Assembly: GCA_049976445.1 (NCBI GenBank)
Contig: JBMFIF010000002.1
Span: forward strand, 5,115 to 69,114
Direction: 5' to 3'
DNA: 64,000 bases
From: Thermoprotei archaeon
GTDB taxonomy: Archaea; Thermoproteota; Thermoprotei; Gearchaeales; WAQG01
Shown here: piece by piece, positions 1 to 9,367 of the stretch
Numbering within the stretch: the first letter of the stretch is position 1
Layout of the letters: every line of letters starts with the position of its first letter
Notes under the pieces: model-generated
The model's input: only the letters and a program-made list of their open reading frames with translations
What the model was told of the DNA's origin: nothing
The model's database searches: none
Made by a program: the position numbers and the translations under genes

Positions 1-46
1 TGAGAAGTGATCCATTATTTAAAGGATAATAAAAGTGTAGGGTTTT

Positions 47-322
47 TTATTTTGTTTTTTGTGTTTTTTGTGCTGTGAGTGTTTTGTGTTTTGTGAGGTA
101 CCAGTATCTTAGGGCTATTGTTTTTCTGTTGTTTGTTGTTTTTGTTGGTTCTATGATTACTTTTCTTGGTATTTCTGTCGAGAGTCTTGTCCTGCATCTT
201 GGGCATCGACCGTTAATACTGTACCTCTTAATCACATCAACGGGACTGATAGCCTCCTCAGTATCATAATACAAAAGATAACCACAAGCCCTACACACAA
301 CACTCATCGGCATCCAACACAC
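47..322 (-). CDS. small zinc-ribbon protein (CxxC-x25-CxxC)
   Basis: 91-aa ORF with two CxxC pairs (CRACG...CPRC). The plus-strand ORF at 75..269 overlaps it and is low-complexity. Confidence 0.35.
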   Translation of the reverse strand: MCWMPMSVVCRACGYLLYYDTEEAISPVDVIKRYSINGRCPRCRTRLSTEIPRKVIIEPTKTTNNRKTIALRYWYLTKHKTLTAQKTQKTK

Positions 323-496
323 CTTGAGGTATTATAAAAATTTCCAAAAAACTACTTATACTTAATCGCATGAAATAATATGATTTTTGATGATAGAAGT
401 TTTGCAGATTCGGTCTACTCTAATAAAATTTTGATGTGAATTAAGTTGAATTTATTCAAATAATATTTAGTTATTTGCTAAATTTTTTTGTAGTAA

Positions 497-1420
497 TTAT
501 ACTAGTCTAGGGCAAACGATGTATAATGGGCATGAAGAACAATATTTAACTTTATCACGGCACCAATATTTTCCAACAAGTTCTAATGCGGAGAGTATTT
601 TTGGGTTTTCAGGGAAAAGTTTGTCGCTTATTTTTTTAACTATTGTTGATATTTTCTCTTTATCCTGTATTTTTGCGTCTTCTTGTGTTATGAAGCCAAG
701 TTCTGTTAATGGTCTTAGTAGGGAATTGGTGATTGGTATTCTGATTTCATTGTGAACGTTCTCCCATAGCCCGTAGACCATTGTTATCTGCCAGATTGTC
801 ATGTCTGCAAATTCTGAATCGCAACTGGGTAGTGTGCTTAATGCTTGGCGAAGTATGTTGAGTGCATCTTTTTGATTTTTGGGTTTTCCATTTGAAATGA
901 TATTATTTATTATTTGCTTTTTTTCATTATATTCTAGATCTGTGTATTGGTTGATATCATCTTTTATTGTATTTACGAGATTCCATGAAAAGTCTATTAA
1001 ATCTTCGACATTACTATTTATTATCCATTTGGCAATTATGCTTAGTGTTTTGGATACTTTTTTAATCTGAGTTTCGTTCATGTTTTTTGCTTGTTTAATT
1101 GTTGAGAATGCTAAAAATACGTGTTCCTCATCTGTATATGATTCGATTGATGATGCAATATCGCCTATCTTATTCATTAATTTCCATGCAATGTGAAGTG
1201 TTTTATTTTTCATGATGTTATTTTGATGGTCTAGAAGGTTCACGAGCATTATTCCGAAGATTAAAGATTCTTTTGATAAGGAAATTTTATTAATACCTAT
1301 TTTACTCATTCGTTTCTCTATTCTATCGTTATTCTTCTCGTTCAACTCATATAATCTTTCTCTGAGATAACTGATGGTTCCATTTTTGATGTTAATCATT
1401 CCTTTGTCTGTTAGAAACAT
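497..1420 (-). CDS. HhH-GPD / endonuclease III-like protein with [4Fe-4S] cluster loop, probably catalytically inactive
   Basis: The C-terminus has VGKYWC-x6-C-x2-C-x5-C, the EndoIII/MutY Fe-S cluster loop. The preceding segment aligns to the HhH-GPD region but lacks the catalytic Lys/Asp equivalents. It lies 75 bp downstream of cdvC on the same strand. Confidence 0.55.
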   Translation of the reverse strand: MFLTDKGMINIKNGTISYLRERLYELNEKNNDRIEKRMSKIGINKISLSKESLIFGIMLVNLLDHQNNIMKNKTLHIAWKLMNKIGDIASSIESYTDEEHVFLAFSTIKQAKNMNETQIKKVSKTLSIIAKWIINSNVEDLIDFSWNLVNTIKDDINQYTDLEYNEKKQIINNIISNGKPKNQKDALNILRQALSTLPSCDSEFADMTIWQITMVYGLWENVHNEIRIPITNSLLRPLTELGFITQEDAKIQDKEKISTIVKKISDKLFPENPKILSALELVGKYWCRDKVKYCSSCPLYIVCPRLV

Positions 1421-1495
1421 AATTAAATCTAAATATAAACCTTCCTGATAATCTAGGATTTTAATCTCAGATTTTGGAAAGTATGAAAGTATAAT

Positions 1496-2638
1496 TTAGA
1501 GTGCTTTATGTTGTTCAAACCATTTTTGATAGCGCTCTATCATATCTTTAGTTATGCTTGGCTTTCTGTTTTTGATCACAATTTTAAAATCTTCCATCGT
1601 AATGCTTCTAGGCTCATTTCTGTTATTATGTTCAAAGAATTCTTCGATAACCTTTATGTGAGCATCTCTACACACATCTAGAATATCGCTAGCTGAGTAA
1701 CCCTCAGTCATTTTAGCTAACTCCTCAAGATCTATGGAAGGGTCTAGTTTAAGTTTTGATGTATAGAATTTAAATAACTCAATCCTAGACTTAAAATCTG
1801 GAGGAGGTACTAGTATTCTTTTTTGGAATCGTCTTATAAAAGCTTCATCTAACATCCAAGGTTTATTAGTAGTTCCGATAACAAATATGAGCCGATCTCT
1901 ATCTTTTTCCATTAATCCATCCATTTCTTTGAGTAGTTGTGTGCGCATTCTAGTCTCACCACCAACTTCCTGAAAATGTATTGATGCTAACGCGTCGACC
2001 TCATCTATAAGAATTATTACTGGCTTGTTCTGTGATTCTAGTCTCCTTGCTTCTTTGAATACTCTAGCAATATTTTTTTCTGATTCGCCAAGCCATTTTG
2101 ACATAACATTAGAACTATCAATAAGCATTACTATAGCGTTAATTTCATTTGCAACAGCTGCCATTAACATAGTCTTACCACAACCAGGTGGACCAAAGAG
2201 AAGAATACCCCTTGGCCAACCCAACGGAAAAAGATCACGTCTCTTTATTGGATACACTATTGAATGAATTATTGCTCTCTTTGCATCTTCAAGACCGATT
2301 ATATCCTCCCATCTAATATTCGGCCTGCTCCCCAAGATATACTCTGCATCAATGTTAGATCTTTCCTTTTCACTACTATAATAATAGTTACCAATTTCTT
2401 CTGGTTGATCTTCTAATAATTTTTCAAGCTCTTCGACTTTATTTCTATACATCATTATGTAACGTGCATAGTTCCTATTCATTATGCTATCTGGATATAA
2501 CTCAATTAATTTCGATAGTGCATCTATAGCTCTTCTATAATATCTAATTGCTTCACTATATTGTTTGTTATTTTCATATTGGATAGCTTTAGTGGCATTT
2601 TCCCGTGCATAATCTAACAGTTCTTTACTCGCATACAT
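1496..2638 (-). CDS. cdvC: Vps4-like AAA+ ATPase CdvC (N-terminal MIT domain + AAA domain)
   Basis: N-terminal helical MIT-like region, Walker A GPPGCGKT, Walker B ILIDEVD, 380 aa, immediately downstream of an ESCRT-III gene. Confidence 0.9.
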   Translation of the reverse strand: MYASKELLDYARENATKAIQYENNKQYSEAIRYYRRAIDALSKLIELYPDSIMNRNYARYIMMYRNKVEELEKLLEDQPEEIGNYYYSSEKERSNIDAEYILGSRPNIRWEDIIGLEDAKRAIIHSIVYPIKRRDLFPLGWPRGILLFGPPGCGKTMLMAAVANEINAIVMLIDSSNVMSKWLGESEKNIARVFKEARRLESQNKPVIILIDEVDALASIHFQEVGGETRMRTQLLKEMDGLMEKDRDRLIFVIGTTNKPWMLDEAFIRRFQKRILVPPPDFKSRIELFKFYTSKLKLDPSIDLEELAKMTEGYSASDILDVCRDAHIKVIEEFFEHNNRNEPRSITMEDFKIVIKNRKPSITKDMIERYQKWFEQHKAL

Positions 2639-2662
2639 TTGCTATCTACTCCTTCAGGTGAT

Positions 2663-3511
2663 TTACTCAGGTTTCAACTTACCGGCACGACTTAAACTGT
2701 CTATTGCCCTCCTTACATCATCAGGAGAAACGCCTAAATATCTAGCACAGTCCATTACATTAAGCTCACCATTATGTTCTAAAACCCACAAATAAACTTT
2801 ATCTTCCAGAGAGAGAAGTTTCTCAGTTCTCACGTTTATAACTTTATTTTGGGTACTTGAACTTTTATCAGACCTTGAAAGCGGGCCCTCTCCTATACTA
2901 ATAGACTCAGCAACCTTTTGAACTTTATCGGTAATCTTCTCTTTAGAAGCTGTAGGAGGTTCAGGTAATAAAGACCTTTCTTTTATCATAGTACCTGCAA
3001 CTGCAGCGGCTTCTTTCAGGATCTTATTCAGATCTGCATCACTTGTATCTAAGGGTAATGTTTCAAATGTATCTGGATATTTTGCACCTAACTGTTCAAG
3101 TACAGCGTTTGATAAGACATTAAGATCGTTTTCAAGTTCTGGTGCGATTTGTGGTATTACAGTACGAACATCGCTTATAAGACCTTGTAATGAGGAAAGT
3201 AGACTAGCAGCATCACCTAACTCAATAATTGTCTCAAGTCGTAACAGTAGTTGCTCTAATGAAATACTTGCACTTTCAACAGATTTAACTAGCTTCCTTA
3301 ATTCAGCTACCTCATTAGCATATATTGTAGCATATTGAGCATTTCCTGATGCTTGAGCTGTTACAACCTTGTCAAACATCTCTTTCTCTTTTTTCCTCAA
3401 CCTGTATTTGGCTAATTCTAAACGTGAAACATAACTTCTAAGTTTTATTATAGTATCATTAATTATATCTTTAAGATCACGCCTTCTTTTTAAAAAATTT
3501 ATTCTAACCAT
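2663..3511 (-). CDS. cdvB: ESCRT-III (Snf7-family) protein CdvB with C-terminal winged-helix domain
   Basis: Snf7-like helical hairpin (YANEVAELRKLVK...), acidic linker and C-terminal wH-like segment (MDCARYLGVSPDDVRRAIDSLSRAGKL). Positioned 24 bp upstream of cdvC. Confidence 0.8.
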   Translation of the reverse strand: MVRINFLKRRRDLKDIINDTIIKLRSYVSRLELAKYRLRKKEKEMFDKVVTAQASGNAQYATIYANEVAELRKLVKSVESASISLEQLLLRLETIIELGDAASLLSSLQGLISDVRTVIPQIAPELENDLNVLSNAVLEQLGAKYPDTFETLPLDTSDADLNKILKEAAAVAGTMIKERSLLPEPPTASKEKITDKVQKVAESISIGEGPLSRSDKSSSTQNKVINVRTEKLLSLEDKVYLWVLEHNGELNVMDCARYLGVSPDDVRRAIDSLSRAGKLKPE

Positions 3512-3635
3512 GATGAATCAGCTCCTTCCCCATAATTAGGGGAAATAAACGAAGAAAAAGTGAGAAAAAATGATTGTTAATAAAAAAGAAAAAATGATAT
3601 GAAAATAAAAAATTATTTAGGCTATTTATATCATC

Positions 3636-3666
3636 CGCCGCTGAGGCATGTTCATAGCCTGCGGCG
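3636..3666 (-). terminator. GC hairpin (CGCCGC-19 nt-GCGGCG) followed on the minus strand by a T-run
   Basis: 6-bp GC stem located 21 bp after the stop of the ESCRT-III paralog, followed by a T-rich tract in transcript sense. Confidence 0.3.
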
Positions 3667-3686
3667 TCCATATTATGCACCTAGTT

Positions 3687-4325
3687 TTATGTAGTTGAGG
3701 GGCCTTTCTCTTTTTCTGGACTTGGAAGCTCTGAAAACTCTTTGCTTCTACTTTCAGCAACAGCCTGTGCTTCTTTGAGTATTTTTTCAGCTTCTTCACT
3801 CTGTGGACCGAAGGCTCCAAAGTGAACGCCTGAGATCTCTCCAGCTTCAGTGAGTACAGATGTTAGTGCTTCGCCTATGTCGCCTAGTTCTCTCTCAGCT
3901 TCAGGTAATATGCCTATTAATTGTCTCTTAACAGCGTTCACAACACCTATTGCAGGTTCGATTGCAGCAACAACATCACCTATCTCTTTAATCGTACCAA
4001 GTCTTAATATTACGGATTCTAGTGCTATCTTACTCTGAAGTACTACTTTGGCAACTTTTCTTACTCCAGCTACTTCGTTAGCATACATGTATGCACGATC
4101 AGAATCATTCTTTATGTACGCGTTAACCAATTGCTCGAAAAGTCTGCGATCTCGCTCTTGTAAACGGTGATAAAGTTGGTCGAGTTTCATAGTTTGAGTT
4201 TCAAGTTTTCTTGTAACTTGGTCGATTTTATTCTTTAACGGTGGTGATGGATATACTGCATCCCTTATTCTTCCCGAAAGGGGCTCTTTCGGCTCCCTTT
4301 CCCATCTTCTTGCGAAGTTTGCCAT
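3687..4325 (-). CDS. ESCRT-III (CdvB-family) paralog lacking the winged-helix domain
   Basis: 212 aa, same Snf7 core pattern as the neighbouring CdvB (YANEVAGVRKVAKVV...LRLGTIKEIGD) with an acidic C-terminus. It occupies the position where cdvA sits in Sulfolobales. Confidence 0.7.
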   Translation of the reverse strand: MANFARRWEREPKEPLSGRIRDAVYPSPPLKNKIDQVTRKLETQTMKLDQLYHRLQERDRRLFEQLVNAYIKNDSDRAYMYANEVAGVRKVAKVVLQSKIALESVILRLGTIKEIGDVVAAIEPAIGVVNAVKRQLIGILPEAERELGDIGEALTSVLTEAGEISGVHFGAFGPQSEEAEKILKEAQAVAESRSKEFSELPSPEKEKGPSTT

Positions 4326-4565
4326 TTATTTATCACCAAATCTATGATAACAAAATACTAAAATAAAAGAGAAGTATTTTGCATACCTCAAAGCATAAAT
4401 GAAAATATGCTATAAAATGTTCATTAAATAACAGCAAAACATTTCATGTATGGGTTATAAAATGGGAATGAAGCATTATGATAAGCAATAAATTAGTTTA
4501 GAATTATTCGTACGTTAAACACTACAAAATCTCGTGTACTTTAAAAAGACACTCATTAGCTTATT

Positions 4566-5957
4566 TTATCCTAACATAAGTTTAATGCTTCTGAGGAAAT
4601 CTGAAAAGCATTCGCGAGCAATGTTTGTTATTGATAAATCTTTTTTACTGATGTTTTTGGATAATCGTTCTATTCTATATGATACAGGTGGATGTGCATC
4701 AAACCATTTTAACCACGAATAGGCTCTAGTAGAGTAATCTTGTTCATACTTGAGTCTTCTATATCCTATCCTCTTTAATGCCTCTATGAGGGAATCAGCG
4801 CTATTTGTATAAAATGCTCCTACTAGGTCAGCTCTTTCCTCAAAAAATTTTGCGATGAAAAATACTGTTGTGAAGGAGAGCATTAGGTATAAGTAAGCTA
4901 ATATGATTGGTATGTTTAATGTTATGAGAATTCTTATGATGTATTCAATAGAGAATAATGTTGATACTATTATAGGATCGTAATTGACTATGTGACTAAA
5001 TTCGTGAGCAATGACAGCCTTGATCTCATTTTCTTTTAATGTCATCAGTAGACCAATCGTTATTGCTATGGTAGCATATCTTTTTGAGATACCTGTTGCT
5101 GCAGCGTTTGATATTGTTGTATTTATTAGAGTGATTTTAGGCATGTTGATACGAAAGTTTTTTCTTACTTCATCAACTAGTCCGTATACATCTATACTAG
5201 TTATCTTAACATTCAGAACGTTTATGCCATATTTGTTTAGTATGTTTGTTACTGTCAGGTTGTCTATGGAGTTGTTTATTTTTATTGTTTGTTCGTAGAT
5301 TTCTTTTTTAATTTGTGCTTTATTTTTAGATATTATGTTAATGCTTTTTATGTATTCATTTTCTGGTATCCAGCATTCGACTATGTATGCGTGTCGATTA
5401 TCTTGAGTGATTTTGTAGTCACTAATTTTTAGCATTATCTTATCTGAGAATAGCAAGATTACATATTGACTTAGAACTAATAATATTGGTAAATAATATC
5501 CTAAAAAGTAAAAGCCGATTGTAGCTATTAGAATTAATATACCAATCATAGCGATTGGGTTTCCTAAAAGAAGTTTTAGTATAATATTTTCTGTTCTCGA
5601 TTTTTCTGTTAAGTAATACTTATCTGTGAAAAGGAAAGCGACGGATTTTGCAGGTTGTTGTAATGTGAGAGCTGGATAGAGTAAGCCTTTTATTATCTCA
5701 TACGCCTTGTTAGCAATTTTAATATCCCCGTTTGACCAGATTACTACCATTGGTTCTTCTTCAGGGACTATTATTGCTCGTGCATTTATTTGTTGTAAGG
5801 ATATCTCTATTGCACTGTAATTCTGGAAAGTTGTTTCTGTAAAAGGTATGTTTTTTTCTTCAATTTTTTTCTTTACATCATTTTTGTTTAAGGATTCTGG
5901 TAATCGATATATGAATGGTATGTTGCTATCTTCTGGACTAGCCAGCATCAAAGTCAC
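4566..5957 (-). CDS. membrane Zn-metalloprotease, M48/HtpX-like (HEXXH)
   Basis: IAHEFSHIV (HExxH) embedded in a multi-TM region, with an N-terminal soluble domain; 463 aa. Confidence 0.55.
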   Translation of the reverse strand: MTLMLASPEDSNIPFIYRLPESLNKNDVKKKIEEKNIPFTETTFQNYSAIEISLQQINARAIIVPEEEPMVVIWSNGDIKIANKAYEIIKGLLYPALTLQQPAKSVAFLFTDKYYLTEKSRTENIILKLLLGNPIAMIGILILIATIGFYFLGYYLPILLVLSQYVILLFSDKIMLKISDYKITQDNRHAYIVECWIPENEYIKSINIISKNKAQIKKEIYEQTIKINNSIDNLTVTNILNKYGINVLNVKITSIDVYGLVDEVRKNFRINMPKITLINTTISNAAATGISKRYATIAITIGLLMTLKENEIKAVIAHEFSHIVNYDPIIVSTLFSIEYIIRILITLNIPIILAYLYLMLSFTTVFFIAKFFEERADLVGAFYTNSADSLIEALKRIGYRRLKYEQDYSTRAYSWLKWFDAHPPVSYRIERLSKNISKKDLSITNIARECFSDFLRSIKLMLG

Positions 5958-6228
5958 CTAAGTAGTTTAGGCTTCTTGAAATGCTAAATTGACCATAAAT
6001 TGTTAATAATTGTGATTGTATGTATGAGATTAGTTCATTAAAGTTTTCTATGAGTTGTTTCTCTGCATTATCAGCTGAGGTTTCACTCCGAACTATATGA
6101 TAATACGCTTTCAAACTTAAGTATCGTGCTGATCTGCTGTTTATTTTTAATCCCATCATGCGTGCCTCGTGTCTTATGAGCTTCTCAATATCTTTAATAA
6201 AATAATGCCAAAATGTCATTTTTCCCAC
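5938..6228 (-). CDS. hypothetical small protein, translationally coupled to the M48-like protease
   Basis: 96-aa ORF whose stop overlaps the protease start by 20 bp; no recognisable motif. Confidence 0.3.
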   Translation of the reverse strand: MGKMTFWHYFIKDIEKLIRHEARMMGLKINSRSARYLSLKAYYHIVRSETSADNAEKQLIENFNELISYIQSQLLTIYGQFSISRSLNYLGDFDAG

Positions 6229-6231
6229 TCT

Positions 6232-7563
6232 TCAGGGGTATATTCGTGTCGGTGTTCTTGGGAACATAATAGCATCTCTAACATGTGGAAGACCAGCTAT
6301 CCATTTTATAAATCTTTCTATTCCAAGGCCAAATCCAGCATGTGGAACAGATCCATACCTGCGAAGATCAATGTACCACTCATAATCTTCTGGTTTAAGA
6401 TCAAAATCCTTAATTCTCCTAAGGAGTAGATCTAGGTCATGTATTCTTTGACCACCACTAGTTATTTCTCCTAATCCAGGGGCGTAGAAATCTGATGAAA
6501 GAGTAACATCTGGCCTTTGAGGATCAGGCATATGATAAAATGACCTAGTAGAGACTGGGAATTTCGTTACAAAAAACGGTGTATCAAAACTGTTTGCTAA
6601 AACTTTTTCAGCTTCAGCACCAAAATCTTCACCCCACTTCATAGAAATCCCTTTAGAAGAAAGTAGGTCCAAGGCTTCATCGTAAGTAATTCTTGGATAT
6701 GGTGGTTCAGAAATCTTTATGCTATCTCTTCCTAAAACTGTTAGCTCACGCTTTCTCTCTTCAATAACCTTCTTCGCAGCATGATATACAAGCTCCTCCT
6801 CTACACGCATTATATCATCATGATCAGCAAAAGCTACCTCAGCCTCTAAATGCCAAAATTCAGTAAGATGTTTAGGTGTTCTGGATTTCTCGGCTCTGAA
6901 TGACGGTTCTAACGAATAAACTTTTTCGAACGCAAAAATAGCAGCTTCTAGATAAAACTGCGAACTCTGTGTTAGATAAGCTGTTTTACCAAAATATCTC
7001 ACAGGAAATAACGTTGCACCACCTTCAACAGCTGCAGTAATAAATATAGGAGCCTGTACTTCTACAAATCCATTTGCATCAAGCCACTCTCTAAAACCCT
7101 TTATAGCCGTTTCTCGTATTCTTAAAACAGCAATGATCTTAGGTCTCCGAAGCTGTAAATGCCTATGATCAAGCAAAAACTTCTTACCAACACCCTTCCT
7201 TATAGGAAAATCATGAGAAACACCAATAATCTCAACAGACTTAGCACTAATCTCAACACCACCAGGAGCCCTAGGATCTTTCCTTAACGTACCAATAACT
7301 TTCAAAGATGCCTCCCTATCCAATTGCGCAATCATATTATAAACATCTTCGCCTACAATATTCTTTCTAACAGCAACCTGTATAGACCCAGTACTATCCC
7401 TTAAATTAATAAAAGTTAGACCACCATGAACCCTTAAATTTTCAGCCCAACCTAATAACTCAACCTCTGAACCTTCATCCTTAGAAACGATATCCGATAC
7501 AAACATCCTCTTACCTAATGCAATCCTTCTTACATTATTTGCCACACTTAACCACTCCACCAC
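6232..7563 (-). CDS. aspS: aspartyl-tRNA synthetase (class IIb, archaeal type; AsnRS not fully excluded)
   Basis: Class II motifs FRAEKSRTPKHLTEFWHLEAE, GGQRIHD and GFGLGIERF; N-terminal OB fold; 443 aa. Confidence 0.8.
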   Translation of the reverse strand: MVEWLSVANNVRRIALGKRMFVSDIVSKDEGSEVELLGWAENLRVHGGLTFINLRDSTGSIQVAVRKNIVGEDVYNMIAQLDREASLKVIGTLRKDPRAPGGVEISAKSVEIIGVSHDFPIRKGVGKKFLLDHRHLQLRRPKIIAVLRIRETAIKGFREWLDANGFVEVQAPIFITAAVEGGATLFPVRYFGKTAYLTQSSQFYLEAAIFAFEKVYSLEPSFRAEKSRTPKHLTEFWHLEAEVAFADHDDIMRVEEELVYHAAKKVIEERKRELTVLGRDSIKISEPPYPRITYDEALDLLSSKGISMKWGEDFGAEAEKVLANSFDTPFFVTKFPVSTRSFYHMPDPQRPDVTLSSDFYAPGLGEITSGGQRIHDLDLLLRRIKDFDLKPEDYEWYIDLRRYGSVPHAGFGLGIERFIKWIAGLPHVRDAIMFPRTPTRIYP

Positions 7564-7593
7564 TTCAGCTCATTCCTATCTGATACAAACAAA

Positions 7594-7601
7594 AATATTT
7601 A
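7594..7601 (-). promoter_or_regulatory. TATA-like box for aspS
   Basis: AAATATTT about 30 bp upstream of the aspS ATG on the minus strand. Confidence 0.3.
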
Positions 7602-7723
7602 TCGCTTTCAAAACATCTTCACAAAAAATAAAATAGTAAGTCATTCATAAAAATTTGTACGCTTTGCTAAATAATTCGGAATTACTTCTTAAAGTTATTA
7701 TATCATTCAAGAATAGTAAAGTA

Positions 7724-7731
7724 TTTATAAA
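7724..7731 (+). promoter_or_regulatory. TATA box (TTTATAAA) for the DUF47 gene
   Basis: Consensus archaeal TATA about 26-30 bp upstream of the ATG at 7757, consistent with a leaderless transcript. Confidence 0.45.
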
Positions 7732-7756
7732 TGTTGTGCTATGAAAATGTTGCATT

Positions 7757-8431
7757 ATGATGAAAAGTATTAAAAGTCTGTTACATAGTAGAGAGCATGA
7801 TATTTTACGAATGGTAGTGGAACAAACTACGATTGTGCGTGATTCTATCTTTTTACTTGAGGATTTATTTCAGAAATTAAAGAATGGAGATTGGGGATAT
7901 GCGATAGAAAAAAGTTTAGAAATTGCTAGGGAAGAGCATAAGACTGATGTCAAGCGGGAAGAGATAGCTACTAAAATCTTTAAAGAAGCCTATATGCCAG
8001 ATTTCAGAGAAGCAATATTAATGCTAATTGAGAAAATAGATGAAGTAATAGATTCAATAAAGGATACTTCCAGAATTATAACGCAGAGAAAATTTGATGA
8101 AAAAATATTGAATGTTTTAGAGCCGGAGTTCACTGCTTATGTTAAATTATGCGTGAAAGCTGTTGAAACGATGTATTTTTCAATAAGCAAGCTTATTATT
8201 AACATTGATGAATCTATAAAACTTATAAATGAGATTAAATCGTTAGAGGTTCAAGTTGATGAGATGAAAATGTTATTGATAAAGCGCATATATAACATAG
8301 ATGAGAAAACAATCAGCATATTAACACTACTTCAAATTAAGGATGTTATTCTCTTTATGGATAATATTGTTGATAATGCTGAGGATGTCGGTGATGTTCT
8401 TCAACTCTTATACTTTACTATAAAAAGTTAA
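7757..8431 (+). CDS. PhoU-like DUF47 family protein (Pit accessory protein)
   Basis: 224-aa all-helical protein typical of the DUF47/PhoU_div family, adjacent to a PiT-family permease. Confidence 0.5.
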   Translation: MMKSIKSLLHSREHDILRMVVEQTTIVRDSIFLLEDLFQKLKNGDWGYAIEKSLEIAREEHKTDVKREEIATKIFKEAYMPDFREAILMLIEKIDEVIDSIKDTSRIITQRKFDEKILNVLEPEFTAYVKLCVKAVETMYFSISKLIINIDESIKLINEIKSLEVQVDEMKMLLIKRIYNIDEKTISILTLLQIKDVILFMDNIVDNAEDVGDVLQLLYFTIKS

Positions 8432-9266
8432 GTATCAAATACACGAATAAGGAAATAGTTGTTCCAATAATTGGTGCTATGATCCAGTTCTTAAACATTT
8501 TCATAGAGCTGCCAACACGTAGGCTTCCCTTGGCAAGGTTTATACCGATTAGACTTCCTGTTATTGTTTGAGTTACTGATATTGGTATACCTATTGCTGT
8601 GAAAAATTGTATTATGATATTGGACGAAAGGAGAGCTGAGACAGTTGCTATACGACCTAATCTGCTGAGACGAAAACCAACTTCAATAAATATTCTTTTG
8701 CTCATTATAAGTAATCCTAGTGCACCAGCGATACCATTGATTAATAAAAGTTCAGTATAACCAATCTGTATTGAAGAAACCCTAATAATAGATATAATAA
8801 AACCAATCACATTCGCACCAACCAAATACGAATTATATAAACTCATAAACACGATTAGAAATTTTATCTTAAAACTTAAACCTACATCAGGCTTTAAAAA
8901 TGAATACCTATAAAAGATATTATAAAAAAACGCTGACAAAAATACTGATACTACAACACTAACTATCCATGATATAACAGTAAACAAAAAATAATTCCAA
9001 TTGATCATAAATATTCCTGCTGCTGCAAACCCCGCTATAGAAACTATCACCAATTGAGATACTGAAGTAGGAACACCAATTGCACTCAATAATATAAGAG
9101 TGACTATTGATGAAATCATTATGGATAAGAGCTCATCAGGTTTGCCATTAACTATCAACGTACTACCATAATTAATCATTAACGTTGCGTTTATTATAAC
9201 ACCAGCAAGAATCCCTAAAGCACAAAAAAACACAGCAGTCTTTCTCTTTAAAATGCCTGAACCCAT
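8418..9266 (-). CDS. PiT-family inorganic phosphate/sulfate permease
   Basis: Two GxPxS(V/T)(S/T)Q...G...G signatures (GVPTSVSQLVIVSIAG; GIPISVTQTITGSLIG), multi-TM, 282 aa. Confidence 0.55.
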   Translation of the reverse strand: MGSGILKRKTAVFFCALGILAGVIINATLMINYGSTLIVNGKPDELLSIMISSIVTLILLSAIGVPTSVSQLVIVSIAGFAAAGIFMINWNYFLFTVISWIVSVVVSVFLSAFFYNIFYRYSFLKPDVGLSFKIKFLIVFMSLYNSYLVGANVIGFIISIIRVSSIQIGYTELLLINGIAGALGLLIMSKRIFIEVGFRLSRLGRIATVSALLSSNIIIQFFTAIGIPISVTQTITGSLIGINLAKGSLRVGSSMKMFKNWIIAPIIGTTISLFVYLILNFL

Positions 9267-9367
9267 AAGAACAGCCGGATTAATAGCAGAATTGTTTCCA
9301 CCACTTGTTAAGCTTAAAATAATACCCGCAGATAAAATTATAATCTCTTTAATAATTCCTATTCACC

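Noticed and set aside
15-269. ORFs 15..206 (-) and 75..269 (+) over the GT/CA-rich tract at the window start
   Set aside because: The translations are low-complexity (K/N/Q-rich, or F/L/V-rich with no motif) and overlap a simple-sequence region. Only the Cys-containing 47..322 ORF is kept, at low confidence.
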